Below, piece by piece: positions 49,601 to 60,988 of a stretch of DNA of 64,000 bases. The position numbers and the translations under genes are program-made. The notes under the pieces were generated by a model, which saw nothing but the letters and a program-made list of their open reading frames with translations, did no database searches and was not told the origin of the DNA. Numbering within the stretch: the first letter of the stretch is position 1; each line of letters begins with the position of its first letter. The stretch covers positions 6,207-70,206 of the forward strand of contig NW_019218336.1 in assembly GCF_002571385.2 (NCBI RefSeq). Reading direction: 5' to 3'. The stretch is from Stylophora pistillata. Its lineage: Eukaryota.

Positions 49601-50493
49601 ATTGATCAACTAGCAAATCAAATGCCACATGCTTGTAAAATAGCAAATCAGGCATCATGTTGGGATGTTTGGTCCCACATCATGCTGATAATTTGGGTTC
49701 AATCACATATCACGCTGTAAATTTTGGGGCCATCCCAGTCAACCCTTTGCCACCCTCGCAAGGAGGGCCTTATTGGCTCTGTAGTTTATACTAGTTCCAC
49801 AGACTGTACAGAGAGAATCGCAGTGAAATCAGACTGGTATGAAAGCATCAGTGGCAACACACTTACTTCTATGCTTAAAAAATAAAATCAAGTAAAAAAT
49901 TATGTTTTTAGAACTAGTTTGACTTCTGTTTTCTTTGATTTTCAGTCCCCACCATACCATACTATTAGAAATTTCTCTACTTTACCTTTTACTTGAATCA
50001 TTATTATCGTGAGAAGAACTGGCTAACTTGATTTTCTTTTTCATCACCGCTGTTCTTGAATCTCGCTGCAAATATTTTCGTTTATTGTTGCATTCGTACG
50101 TCCAATGACCCACTTGCAAACATTTCTGGCATCGTTGATTACCTGCCTGTTCTTGCCTTAAAATGCAATTCAAATTGTAATTCTTTGGCCAGCTCATGAT
50201 ATGGAACTCGTAACTTCATTTTCTGACAAACCCCGCGGCAACTCACAGAAACTGAAATCCTTGGAAAGATAATTCTCCAATGATATAACCGCATACCATT
50301 CAAAAACGAAGCCATAATCCCAAAGGTAATCTGTTGTTTTGCCTCTGCTTTCTTTTATCCAAGAATTGTATGCATAATGCAGTATGGGGTTATACGGAAA
50401 TCTAGCCAAATTCTCACCTTTTCTAACAACTAAAAGAAACCGAAATCCTTACCTTTTCTTGTTCAGGACGTAAGACCTCGCCACATACGCCAT
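46699..50493 (-). CDS. ZCCHC10: Zinc finger CCHC domain-containing protein 10 (151 aa)
   Basis: Exons 50493-50453, 50156-49986, 48358-48320 and 46903-46699 join in frame. [24 protein letters not shown] knuckle, Ser/Asp-rich tract, basic C-terminus. Confidence 0.9.
47601..48260. repeat. Element with internal ~18-20 bp tandem units (ctctaataagccacccccc)
   Basis: More than 10 units at 47615-47930. The ends tactgtaaatcctccattaagcc and ggatttattagaggagttatgg are imperfectly inverted. Confidence 0.65.
48709..48832. repeat. Inverted repeat with central gatcgaaacgtttcgatc palindrome
   Basis: aatgataataaagtatta..tttttct..tgtggtcact and agtgaccaca..agaaaaa..taataccttatcatcatt. Confidence 0.55.
49411..49600. 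mobile_element. Palindromic MITE-like element, same family as 12953-13140
   Basis: acaattggtt ... gggaagtctggagagcactcaagaagctag ... ccaaacttccc ... aaccaattgt. Confidence 0.7.
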
Positions 50494-51241
50494 CTTTTTT
50501 TGTCATTTGTTCCCAGTCTCCTTGGTGGGTAGTTGGAAAATTAATGTCACTCCCAGGCTTCCAACCGAGATTCACAAGGTTATGTGGATTTCTCTTACCT
50601 TTCGTTATCATTGGGACCAACGTCCCTTCAGTACAGGCGTACCAAACGAGGTTCCAATTGCATTCTGTAAATATTTTTAAGTCTGTAAAATGTGGAAAGT
50701 AACAGATAATATCTAGACTGGCTTTGAAAGTACTTCAACAAATCAACAGGTTTCCCAGGATACTTTTCATAACCTCCTAAAGCCAACCATGCATAAGTCA
50801 CAACAGCCAATGAGAGGTAAGGGAAACATTTTCAGGAGTCAATGAGAACTCAGATTGAAAATTTAACACCATCCTCGAGTACAGAAATGTGCAATTAATC
50901 AAGATGTGCTTGGTTTTAGTTTTGCATCTGATTGGTTTAGAGGATGTAGCAAGTTTTTGCAACTGATCCAGAGCAAAGTGGTGTGAAAGTCAATGCAAAG
51001 TGGTGTGAAACTCAATGCAAACCTAGATAACTTTAGATGCTCATATTAAAAATTCATCAAACGTAACAAAGACCTCTTGTTTATACCAAAGAACATAACA
51101 ACAGAATCCACTAAATACCAAAAAATGTCACATTTATTGGCTTTCAGCATACAAGAACTTATCCTCATGCTGTAGACACCAAAATACTTGATACTTAGTT
51201 CCTTGTTTATTTACAAACAGTATACCAGAGGAAAAATTCAC

Positions 51242-51449
51242 TTAACCCTTTAAATCCCAGAAGTGATTAACAAGTGACTTCTCCTTACAATATCCATGCA
51301 TTCTCTGAGAAACAGGTAATGAGAATACTCACACCTATCAAGTAGAAGTTATCTTGATCTAACACCAAATTCTCGTAACTAATTTACAAGAAAATGTGTA
51401 GTAGCTAGTAAGGAGAATTAACCATCGGATCTTGAGAGTTAAAGGGTTC
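51242..51449. mobile_element. ~200-bp non-autonomous element with TTAACCCTTT...AAAGGGTT ends (piggyBac-like MITE)
   Basis: TIR-like ends. Related copies or fragments near 41080-41230, 47335-47535, 61790-61950 and 63877-64000. Confidence 0.55.
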
Positions 51450-53143
51450 ATGCCCTGACAATACCAACATAAAAATAGTCTACAAATACCTAACTCACAA
51501 AGAAAGCACATGAGATTACATTTTTCTCAAATTAAGACAATTACCATATCAACAAAATTAGCACTATTAAAATAGAATAAAAAACCTTTAATGAAATTTG
51601 AAGGTTTGTCAGGGCATAAAGGTTTAATTTGGAACTTTAAAGCTCTGTAAAAATGGTAGTTATCTAAGTATTGTATCAAGCGAATGATCAGCCATGGTAT
51701 AAAACATGAAAAGCTGCATGACATAATTATTTTAAGTTCTTCTAGTCAACAGTGTTTGGACCAACACTGCAGGGAATTAATGCCTTTGAAAACAACTTGT
51801 CACAAAATCTCACACAGAGTCCAACTTAACAGTAGGTTATCACAAAATTACTTACTATCACTAGACATAATTTACAGTAAATAAATTAATCAACCATAAG
51901 CATTCCTATAATAAATTTTAACATACATTTCCAACAAAAAAGTACATTTCCACCATCACTGTTTTCTTGATTAAGAAAGAAAGTAAAAATCTTTCTCCTT
52001 CTACATAAATTTTTTCATGTTGGTAGTTTTCACTTTTAGTTAGTAAAATAATGTTAGTCTTGACATTCCCCTATTTTAGCATCACCTTTTTCAAAACTGT
52101 GTCCAGAAAAATAATCCTAACAAACAAAAAAAAAAAAACAGTTTCTGAGCTGTTGACATTCCTTAGGTTAAATTGGCCATTGTAATGCTTGTAACCAATA
52201 ATTGCTGTCCCTCCCTCGCTATTAAAGCTATCCCTTTCCCTCATTAGATCTAAGTAGTAATTTTCCACACAGTTGCCCAAACATTTCTTTTCATTGTTGC
52301 TCTGAAAAACTGGCATTCAATAAAACAATGTCCCCTACTCGACAATCAGTGTTCTTCTTGTCACTTTCCTGCTTGATATTCTACTGACATTGTGAGGAAA
52401 AATACTCTGATGGTCACTCATCAGAGCAAAAGCACTCTGATTAAATCAACGACAAAAGTAATTATACTAAAAACAATTATAATGGTAATAACAGTTTTTC
52501 TGTCGCTACTGATCGATAAAAATAACTACATAATAGAAGGTTTTTGTGCAATTCACAGGAAACAACCACTGCCCTTTCTTTTTTTGTAACATGCTTTCTG
52601 GAGTTACATACAAACAATGAGACCACCCATTTATGACTAACAATAGTTATTGTGACACAAACAATCTGATGTGAAAAAAAGAATCTCTGTTACGACGAAG
52701 CAACTACCTGCATCATCTGGTGTCTTGTAAATAATAAAAAAAAAAACAATTACGATCACTTCTAATACCTACTACAAAAACAAAGGAAGCAAAAGCAAGC
52801 AGAACAAATTACAATAAAAAAAATTTTGGATTGAGTCTAAGAAAAAATAATGTCAGCAACCAAGCTGCCTTAACAATTCATTTAGAGATGGAAAGAAAAG
52901 AAAAGCTTCCTCTGTTGATACAATTTTGATTATTCCTGATTGCAAGAAGTTGGAGCAATGATCTTCATCCCAAACAGTAGTACCCTTAAGGACGTCTGAT
53001 TTACAAGCAGTCAAAGGAAACTTTTCTTTATCACACAAAACCACTCTTTTGACCTGATGGGGTCACATAATATACTTGCAATATATACATGCACCCCTGA
53101 AGTATGCAATCTTCAATAATTCTAGGAGACAATAACCAATTTA

Positions 53144-56100
53144 TTAAGCCCTGAGATTGGTAATTTCAACCAAGTTTGAAGTTGAACTTGATGAATCTCT
53201 TTCCCAGTTCACCTCTGCACTGACACGAAGAACACGACCAGATTCAGAAACACTGGAGCTTTCTGTTAAAGACAGTAAAAAATCTCAATTATTTCTCTAG
53301 GTTGGTGAACTTTGGCTGTACAAGAAGGCCCTCAAATGTGGTCTTCCATCATTTTTTTTTTAAATGCAGACTAGCTAGGGACACTGACAGCAAAATTTAA
53401 AATAATTACAAATTCCAAGATAAGAAAACTGCTTGCCAAAAATGTTCAAACCATTTGCTCTTCTACATGTAGAGGTTTATTCAGCAGAATATCTTTCTTT
53501 ATTTCCTACCTGAACCATCACAACTGGACCTCCTCTCGCTAACAGAAGGTTCAATTTCATTCATGACCACACCGCGGTTGTCAGCAGCAGTACGATGGTC
53601 CTCATCAGGAAGTTCTGATGTACCAACTTCTACAGCTAGGGTGCGACTTCCTTCAACACTGGGCTGATAAATAAACAAAAAAAATTCCATAGTAATTTTG
53701 TGTTTGCTTACTGAACATAAGTAAACAAAAAGATAAATAAAAAGTGCTTTTCCAACATCATGCGCATAAGCATTATTTGCAATTTTTTTTCTTAACTTAC
53801 CAGCCCCAGTTCCTTTAAGATGTTGAGTTTACACATTGGACAAGTCCTATGTTCAACCAACCATGGGTCGATACACATCTTATGAAACTCATGCCTATCA
53901 AGAAAGACAAGTCAGGAATCAAACAATTTAGAACCCATGGTATCACTAGAACATTCAACCGAAGGTTACTGAATTAGACAACATATTTGCAACATCAATA
54001 TTCAAAGAATGGTTGGGATTATCACTCACTAAAGGTGCTTTAGGAAAAAACATATTTCTTACTTCTTACTTCCTTTTTCCTTCAAAAAGAGTAAAACAAA
54101 CTCAGAAGAACTGTCTGAAAATTTGTCTCAGAACCTCCTCTTCCTTCCATTCTTTTTTTTTTTCTGTAGGGAAGTTTTGGTCTCTTTGATCAGTTTAGAG
54201 TCACCCAATTAAACTGTAGGCTAACCTAAAAATTTTCAGAGCTTTTCAAACACATCCAACAAAGGTTTGAGTGCCACAAGGTAGGTCTTAAGTCTCTATA
54301 TGCATCCTGTCGAATTATTCCCAAATGTAGCATTTCCTGAAAGCTACTACTTACTGGCAAGGCAGAATACGAACGACATCACCAGCTTTGTAACCATCCA
54401 AGCACACAGCACAGTTATCAGACTCATCATCTTCAGTCTAAAATACAGACAACAACTGTACATGGCAAATGCAATTTACTTTACTTGAAGGCAAAGAGCT
54501 AAACATGCATACTTTGAAGTAATAGTCTTAATATTTTTGTATCCATTATTCAACTCAACAGTCATTTTTTTGTGTCTACTCCAATGACACCTAAATCTAC
54601 TTGATTTATAACATGTTTCCTCAATTTAATGTTAGTACCAGCACTCCTGAAAGGAATTTGGTTTTCCCTATTACTGGCTTCACTGTTAGCTAATGTACAG
54701 TTTCCTTCATGCAAAGACAAAATTTTTAAAAAAAATATAAGAAACAATTTAACAACCCTCTTTGTTTCACCTTAGCTCTAGACTGCCTATCTAACTTGGA
54801 GACACTACCTCATAATGGCTTATATGGCTAATGCAATTTTCTTATACAGTCCAACCTGTATTGCAGTCAGAATGGCAGACAGGTTGACCACTTATACAGG
54901 TTCCACAGAAAAGGGGCATACTAAAAAGTAATAAAAATCTTCATTTTGCCATAATTGACCACTTAATGTACAAACATTTGCTCAAAAATACTATTAACAT
55001 TAATTTTAGGAGACAAAAAAAGTTTAAATTTTAAATGAAAGAATAATCTAGTTTTATATGAGTGGTCCCCCATTAAATGATTATTCAATACAGGTGAGGG
55101 ACAATACAAAAGGGCTGTACAGTTTAAAGGGGTAAAAATTTCAGGACTTTGGAAACCATCTGCTTTAAACACCAAGTGACTGTTTGACATGGTGCCACTC
55201 AATACAGGTTCAACTGTAAATTAAATACTATAAGAAAATCTTCCTTTTTTAACATATGGAAATTCCTAAAACCATACCTTTTTGCTGACAGTGCGCGTTG
55301 GAAGTTTAGCAATAGCCTTCTTGGCAGCACAAGTTAAGCGTTTCTGTTAAGAGAGGAAAAATAATCAATCCACTTCCTCAATGATGGGCAAGTAACCACA
55401 AATATTCCAGTTAAAATTCAAGGTTGAACTCAAGTCAGATCACAAACCACGTTCAATGTTTTGAATGTTACACAATCACAACTTCACAGTTATAAGTTGG
55501 TGAATAGTATTTACGCTTGCTATTTTATTATACTAAATACACTATTTGCAAAAGTCCTGAAATATTTTAGCACTTTATCATGACTGTGGTTATACACAGC
55601 AGAAGTGTAAATAAACAATGTTTTAGGTAAAAAATAAAAAGGAACAACCAACTTCCACACTGTGGGCAAGCAACCACAAATAAGCTACTTAAAATTCAAC
55701 ATTTAAGTCAATGCAACAATCATTGTCAATGTTCCAAATGTTACATAATAATCATATAAATTTTATTTCTACATTATGTATTGCTGTTCATATATGTTTT
55801 TTCACTACTTTATACAACTTATTTACTTTGCAAAACTTTCTTAAACATTTGAGCATTGTAACTACACTGTAGTAATGTGCAGCAACAGTGTAAATAAAAA
55901 ATGTTGGTGTTGAAAAATCAAGTGGATCAACCAACTTCCACATTGTGGGCCAGTAACCACAAATATGCTAAATTCCCATTCAAGATTAAAGTATATACAA
56001 TAAATATTGTCAGTGATTCGATTATTATATAATCAAAATACCATTTATGAGTTTATTAATACTTTTAAAATTTGCTATTTCACTGTCTTACATGATTTAT

Positions 56101-58064
56101 TTACTTTCTAAAAGTCTTGAAATATTGGAGCATTCTAATAAGACTTATTAGTAAGTAATTCACAGCAACAGTGTGAATAAACAATGCTTTCAGTTTAAGA
56201 ATAAACATAACTCAAACAATTGCCATATAATAGCAGTAACCACAATTATATTTATGATCCCAATTAACAGCAGCAGTTGTCACAGTTCCAACTGTTACGT
56301 AACCTGACTTTTTTCATTTAGCAAAAGATTAATAATTTTTATACTTTCTATTTCGTATATTTTAATCAATCATTAACTTTTCAGAATTCTTCACATATTT
56401 GAGCACTGTTATGCATGTTATACTGTGGTAATACACAGAAACAGCTCAACCAAACAGAGTTTCAGTTGAATTATTCAAAAAGAATCAAGCAATTTCCACA
56501 AAGTGAAACAAACCACAAACTGTTCACATCACTTTTGATCTTAAAGATTTAAAATATCTAAAGAAGTCCTTGTCAATTTTTCACATTACACATGATTTCT
56601 CAATATTATTTATTAGCGGATTGATTAATAGTTTTGGTGCTTGCTATTCCAATATCCTACATAAACTATTTACTTAGGCAAAGTCTTCAGATATTAGTAA
56701 ACAGTATTATGAAAGTAATGATGCCCAGCAACATCTTTAGCAAGCAAAAGGTTTTGAATTATCAAACTGCGAACTTTCCGGAGTTTCTGATAAACCATCA
56801 TTATTAACAATTATATCTTCTTGGAAAGCAACAAAATATTACTGCTTTTTGATACTTCATGATCTTGGTTTGGCAATGACAGACTGAAATTTCGAACATT
56901 TCTCTAAAAAACCGCAATCAGCAAATGGTGAAATCGAAAAGTGCTTGTCGAAGCGCTTCACGACCCACTTAGCTTTGTTCCGTGAAGTTTCTGTCGTAGA
57001 ATTCATTTATCTATAAGTAATTACTGCTAAGTATTGCTAATGTGACGCAAGACTCTTCAAAATTCCGCAGGCGTTAATTGCAACGAAGAAAAAAATTAAC
57101 GGAAAGACGAATCAAGAAACATTTGCCCACAACTATGAAATATGAATAAGAAAGATAATGACTGAAAGTTATAATTCAATCTCGTTTGTGGAGTTATTGT
57201 CGAGGACTAAGCTTATTAACCCAGAGAGCGAAACAGTGATATTCAAAACAAATCATAGCAGATATCACAAACTCTAGAACAAGATTCCCCACTAATGCTA
57301 TTTTTACTAAAAATAAAAAGGATTTTTTATCAACAGGGTCAAAAATTGCCCGCACTTACCTCGGTTTTGTCCCGTGCATGGACATAACGAAACCTTTGGA
57401 CATAATAAAACACCAACCACGCAAGCGAAATCACCATTAAAACAATAAACGACACCGAGACGAAGAGAACAGATGTCGGATTCACTTGCCATTTCTTCTG
57501 TGAAATCGTTTCACCCACAGCAATCTCTACATACACAGCATTGGTTCTGTTCACAAGAGCATCGGCCAGCTCGACTCCAAGAGCCCTCTTTATACTGACA
57601 GCAACAATCTTGTCTGCCCCAACGTGTGACATTTGGATCACCTCGTCTCTATCTGAGCTGTCGTAAATAACAACTGCTGTAGCGTTGTGATTGCGAGCAT
57701 TTATAATCTTGTCCCTAAAATTGCACGCTCCTCTTTCGATGAGCGCAATCCAAGGCTTTCTTTCCACAACGACGTCAAATACGTTACAACCATTAACATT
57801 ATTTTCTTTTAGAGAATACAGCCATCCCTTCTCGTGGCGTTTAGGACTGTGACTTCCAAATTTTCCCTTTCCATCAAATGGCTTTATCTTACATTTATCA
57901 CCGTGTCTGCCGCAAAAGGTTATATTCAACACAGCTTCTGTGTATTTCTCAAGTTGTTGTTCGTCATCGTAGAAACTACAGTTGACAAAATTCCCGACAC
58001 AAACGAACAATAACAGTGCTAAGATGACGTTGATGCGCTCTGGGAAGCTGCTCACGATGGCCAT
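53144..58064 (-). CDS. RNF130: PA-TM-RING-H2 E3 ubiquitin ligase, Goliath/RNF130/RNF150 family (406 aa)
   Basis: Exons 58064-57360, 55343-55278, 54437-54355, 53894-53801, 53663-53510 and 53262-53144 join in frame. Signal peptide, PA domain [81 protein letters not shown]. Exact vertebrate paralog assignment is not resolvable. Confidence 0.9.
55365..56800. repeat. Diverged ~283-bp tandem array (5-6 units) in RNF130 intron 1
   Basis: Anchor 'acttccaca..gtgggc.agtaaccacaaat' near 55370, 55648, 55931, 56217, 56489 and weakly 56769. Anchor 'cagcaacagtgtaaataaacaatg' near 55597, 55880, 56163, 56436 and 56726. Confidence 0.75.
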
Positions 58065-58192
58065 TATCGTTTCAAAGTAGACGAACAGTTACAGGATCCT
58101 TTCAGCCGTAAATAAAAGAATCTACTGGAGTTTGAAGGATATTTTGAAGGTTTTTCAGTGTATACAGCGAATCAGCTCTTCCGCCATATTCC

Positions 58193-58453
58193 NNNNNNNN
58201 NNNNNNNNNNNNNNNNNNNNNNNNNNNNNNNNNNNNNNNNNNNNNNNNNNNNNNNNNNNNNNNNNNNNNNNNNNNNNNNNNNNNNNNNNNNNNNNNNNNN
58301 NNNNNNNNNNNNNNNNNNNNNNNNNNNNNNNNNNNNNNNNNNNNNNNNNNNNNNNNNNNNNNNNNNNNNNNNNNNNNNNNNNNNNNNNNNNNNNNNNNNN
58401 NNNNNNNNNNNNNNNNNNNNNNNNNNNNNNNNNNNNNNNNNNNNNNNNNNNNN
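58193..58453. other. Assembly gap
   Basis: Run of N. Confidence 1.
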
Positions 58454-58819
58454 GGTCAATGCTTCCCTTTCCAAAAAGCAACCAACTACAACAGTCAAAG
58501 AGCACCTTAATTAGGAGAGCTACTACTGGTAGTTTGCTTTCATCAATTGCTCATCATCACGGAACAGCTTATCTCAAAAAGAATTTGTGAATTACTTTGA
58601 TAACGCACATCAAAAAGATTTGAGTAAAAATCAAACAAACAAATATTGTCTTAGAATATCGAGACTTAGTGATCGTGAAATAATGATCAAGTTTACAAAT
58701 CTGTAACATAGCCAATGGGACGTACTCTTTATGAAATGCAATAAGAACAACTTCCTTCAATTTCTTTCAATAGCACATGAAAAACAAAGCAAACAATTTA
58801 CTCCTCTTAACTTGTAAAC

Positions 58820-59708
58820 TTATTGACTGGGTTTTGAAGCAAGTCACTAGTGATGGAAGAAGAGGGATCAGATGGACTTTGACCAGTGTCTTGGAAGATC
58901 TAGATTATGCTGGTGATATTGCGCTTCTTGCCCACCGACACCAGGACATGCAGACAAAGACCGACGCCTTGGCAACTACAGCAGGGAGCTTGGGCCTTAA
59001 GATCAATACCAAGAAAACAAGGCACCTTAGGATGAATAGTAGAGCCAATGAATCCATCATGGTGAATGGGGATGTAGTAGACGAGGTTGATCACTTTACT
59101 TACCTAGGGTCCAAGGTATCTACCAGCGAAGATGGTGAAGAAGAGATCTAAGTCCAGATTTCAAAGGCAAGTCAGGCTTTTGCTGCCCTTCGGGGCACTT
59201 GGAGATCCAAGAACATCAGCCAGAAGACTAAGATCCGACTCTTTAAGAGCAATGTCTTAAGCACTCTACTGTATGGCGCAGAATCCTGGAAGATGACCAA
59301 AACCATCAGTCACAAGCTAGAAGTCTTCCAGAACAGGTGCCTGCGTAGGATTCTTCGTATATACTGGCCCCAGACATTCTCAAACTACGAGTTGCGTAGA
59401 AGAACACGAACAGTATCAATCACAGTACCAATCACACAGCAAGTCCAGAAGAGATGGAAATGGATTGGGCATGTGCTGCGCATGCCACCAGCAGCACTAC
59501 CACGAGTTGCTCTCAGATGGACCCCTGATGGACGTAGGAAGAGAGGAAAACCGAAAGAAACCTGGAGGAGGACGGTGGAAAGGGAAATGAAGGACAACAA
59601 CTGGACTTGGGGGCACCTGGAGCGGCAAGCACCCGCCAGACATCAATGGCAAACTCTGGTCGAGGCCTTAAGTGTCTCTTAGTGACACGGATAGGATTAT
59701 GATTATTA
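58820..59708 (+). mobile_element. 5'-truncated RTE-clade non-LTR retrotransposon (RT C-terminal part, decayed)
   Basis: LDYAGDIALL (YADD mutated), GLKINTKKT, FTYLGS, LLYGAESW, WIGHVLR, RKRGKPKETW. In-frame stop at 59149. Short gattat tail. 13-bp TSD TTAACTTGTAAAC at 58807-58819 and 59709-59721. Confidence 0.9.
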
Positions 59709-59944
59709 TTAACTTGTAAACAACCCTTAAGAGAAATAAAGTCAAGTAGAACTTAAATCGGTTAGATTTCTACGGATTGTGTAACATGAAAAATGGCTAA
59801 AATATGAACATCATTCTCATAAAGGGTAGTAAGTTTCTTTGCAATAACAAATAAAATCCACAAGTATCAGAAAAGAACCAAAATATCACCCAGGCCAGAC
59901 AAATCCATCCGATTTGAACACTTCCTTTCATTTGTGGAGGCCTC

Positions 59945-60195
59945 CATGTATGTATGTATTTACAATATTTAGACAGGCCAGCCCAGTTCAGCTTGAAGCT
60001 GGTTTAAATGCGGGCCTGTACATCCCACCCCAGGGGAGGACATCCATCACACAGTAACCTCGTGTGTGGGAAATTAACGTCTCCTACCCCAGCCCTGCGG
60101 GAGACAGGACCTTCATTTATTCGTCCCTATCTGAGAAGACTAGAATATCTAACCATTTCTTGATGTTATAGAAAGGTAGCATATTCTTCTCAAAT
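59945..60195 (-). mobile_element. Partial SINE of the same family as 14170-15497
   Basis: ttattcgtcc.tatc.gagaagactagaat.tcta.ccatttcttgat.t.atagaaaggtagc is shared, with an (atgt)n tail-like repeat. Confidence 0.65.
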
Positions 60196-60962
60196 TCTTC
60201 CATCTGATTAACGACACTTCCCACTCTCATTTTTTGTTATGTAATGTTACCTAACTTAACCATCTGTAATGGGTTGTTCATGTGATGCGAGGGTGTGTGC
60301 ATTTAACAAATTGACATCAATTTTGCTTTGTCTATAACCTTATTGATCATAGAAATGACGTGTTCAAAACTTACCTGAAACCACAAGGTGCAGCTGAGTG
60401 GTTTCACTACAAAGTTTTTGAACATGGTTGACATCAATTCTATGATCAATAAAGTTATAGACGATGGAAAATTGATGTCAATTTGTTTTTAAACAAAAAT
60501 TGTGATTTCATTAGGCCTGCTTATGCAACTAAGTTTTCAGAAATTCATGCGCGTATGTTACGAACCAAGAATTTTCCTCTTATTTTCTTGTTTGTGTTCC
60601 TCCACGTTTTTGTCTGTTTTAACCAATTCTTCAAAACTTTCTGCTTACATCCCAGTCTTAAAATTGGGAAACTCTTCACTGTCCCTATTTCTAAAATTTG
60701 CAAATGTTTCCACACGAATAAGTTTTCCTCCAACAGATTGCCAAGGATTGCCTGACATGATACATCATTTTTATGATCTACAACCTTATTGATAATGGCT
60801 CTCAACAAATTCTCAACCAATTCGGTGGAAATTCTCTCAAAGAATTTCCACCGTTATTGTAAAATTCACAATGAAGGTTGGCTGACTTACAAAATTTTGT
60901 TCCCTGTCTAACAATATTATAACTAGTTTTCAGCAACACATTTGTACAGAGGGGACAGTATT

Positions 60963-60968
60963 TTTATT
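60963..60968 (-). terminator. Polyadenylation signal of RPL9
   Basis: AATAAA on the minus strand about 20 nt after the stop codon. Confidence 0.7.
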
Positions 60969-60988
60969 CATTTTCTTTGACAACACAT

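Noticed and set aside
58132-58590. ORFs spanning X runs
   Set aside because: Artefacts of the N gap.
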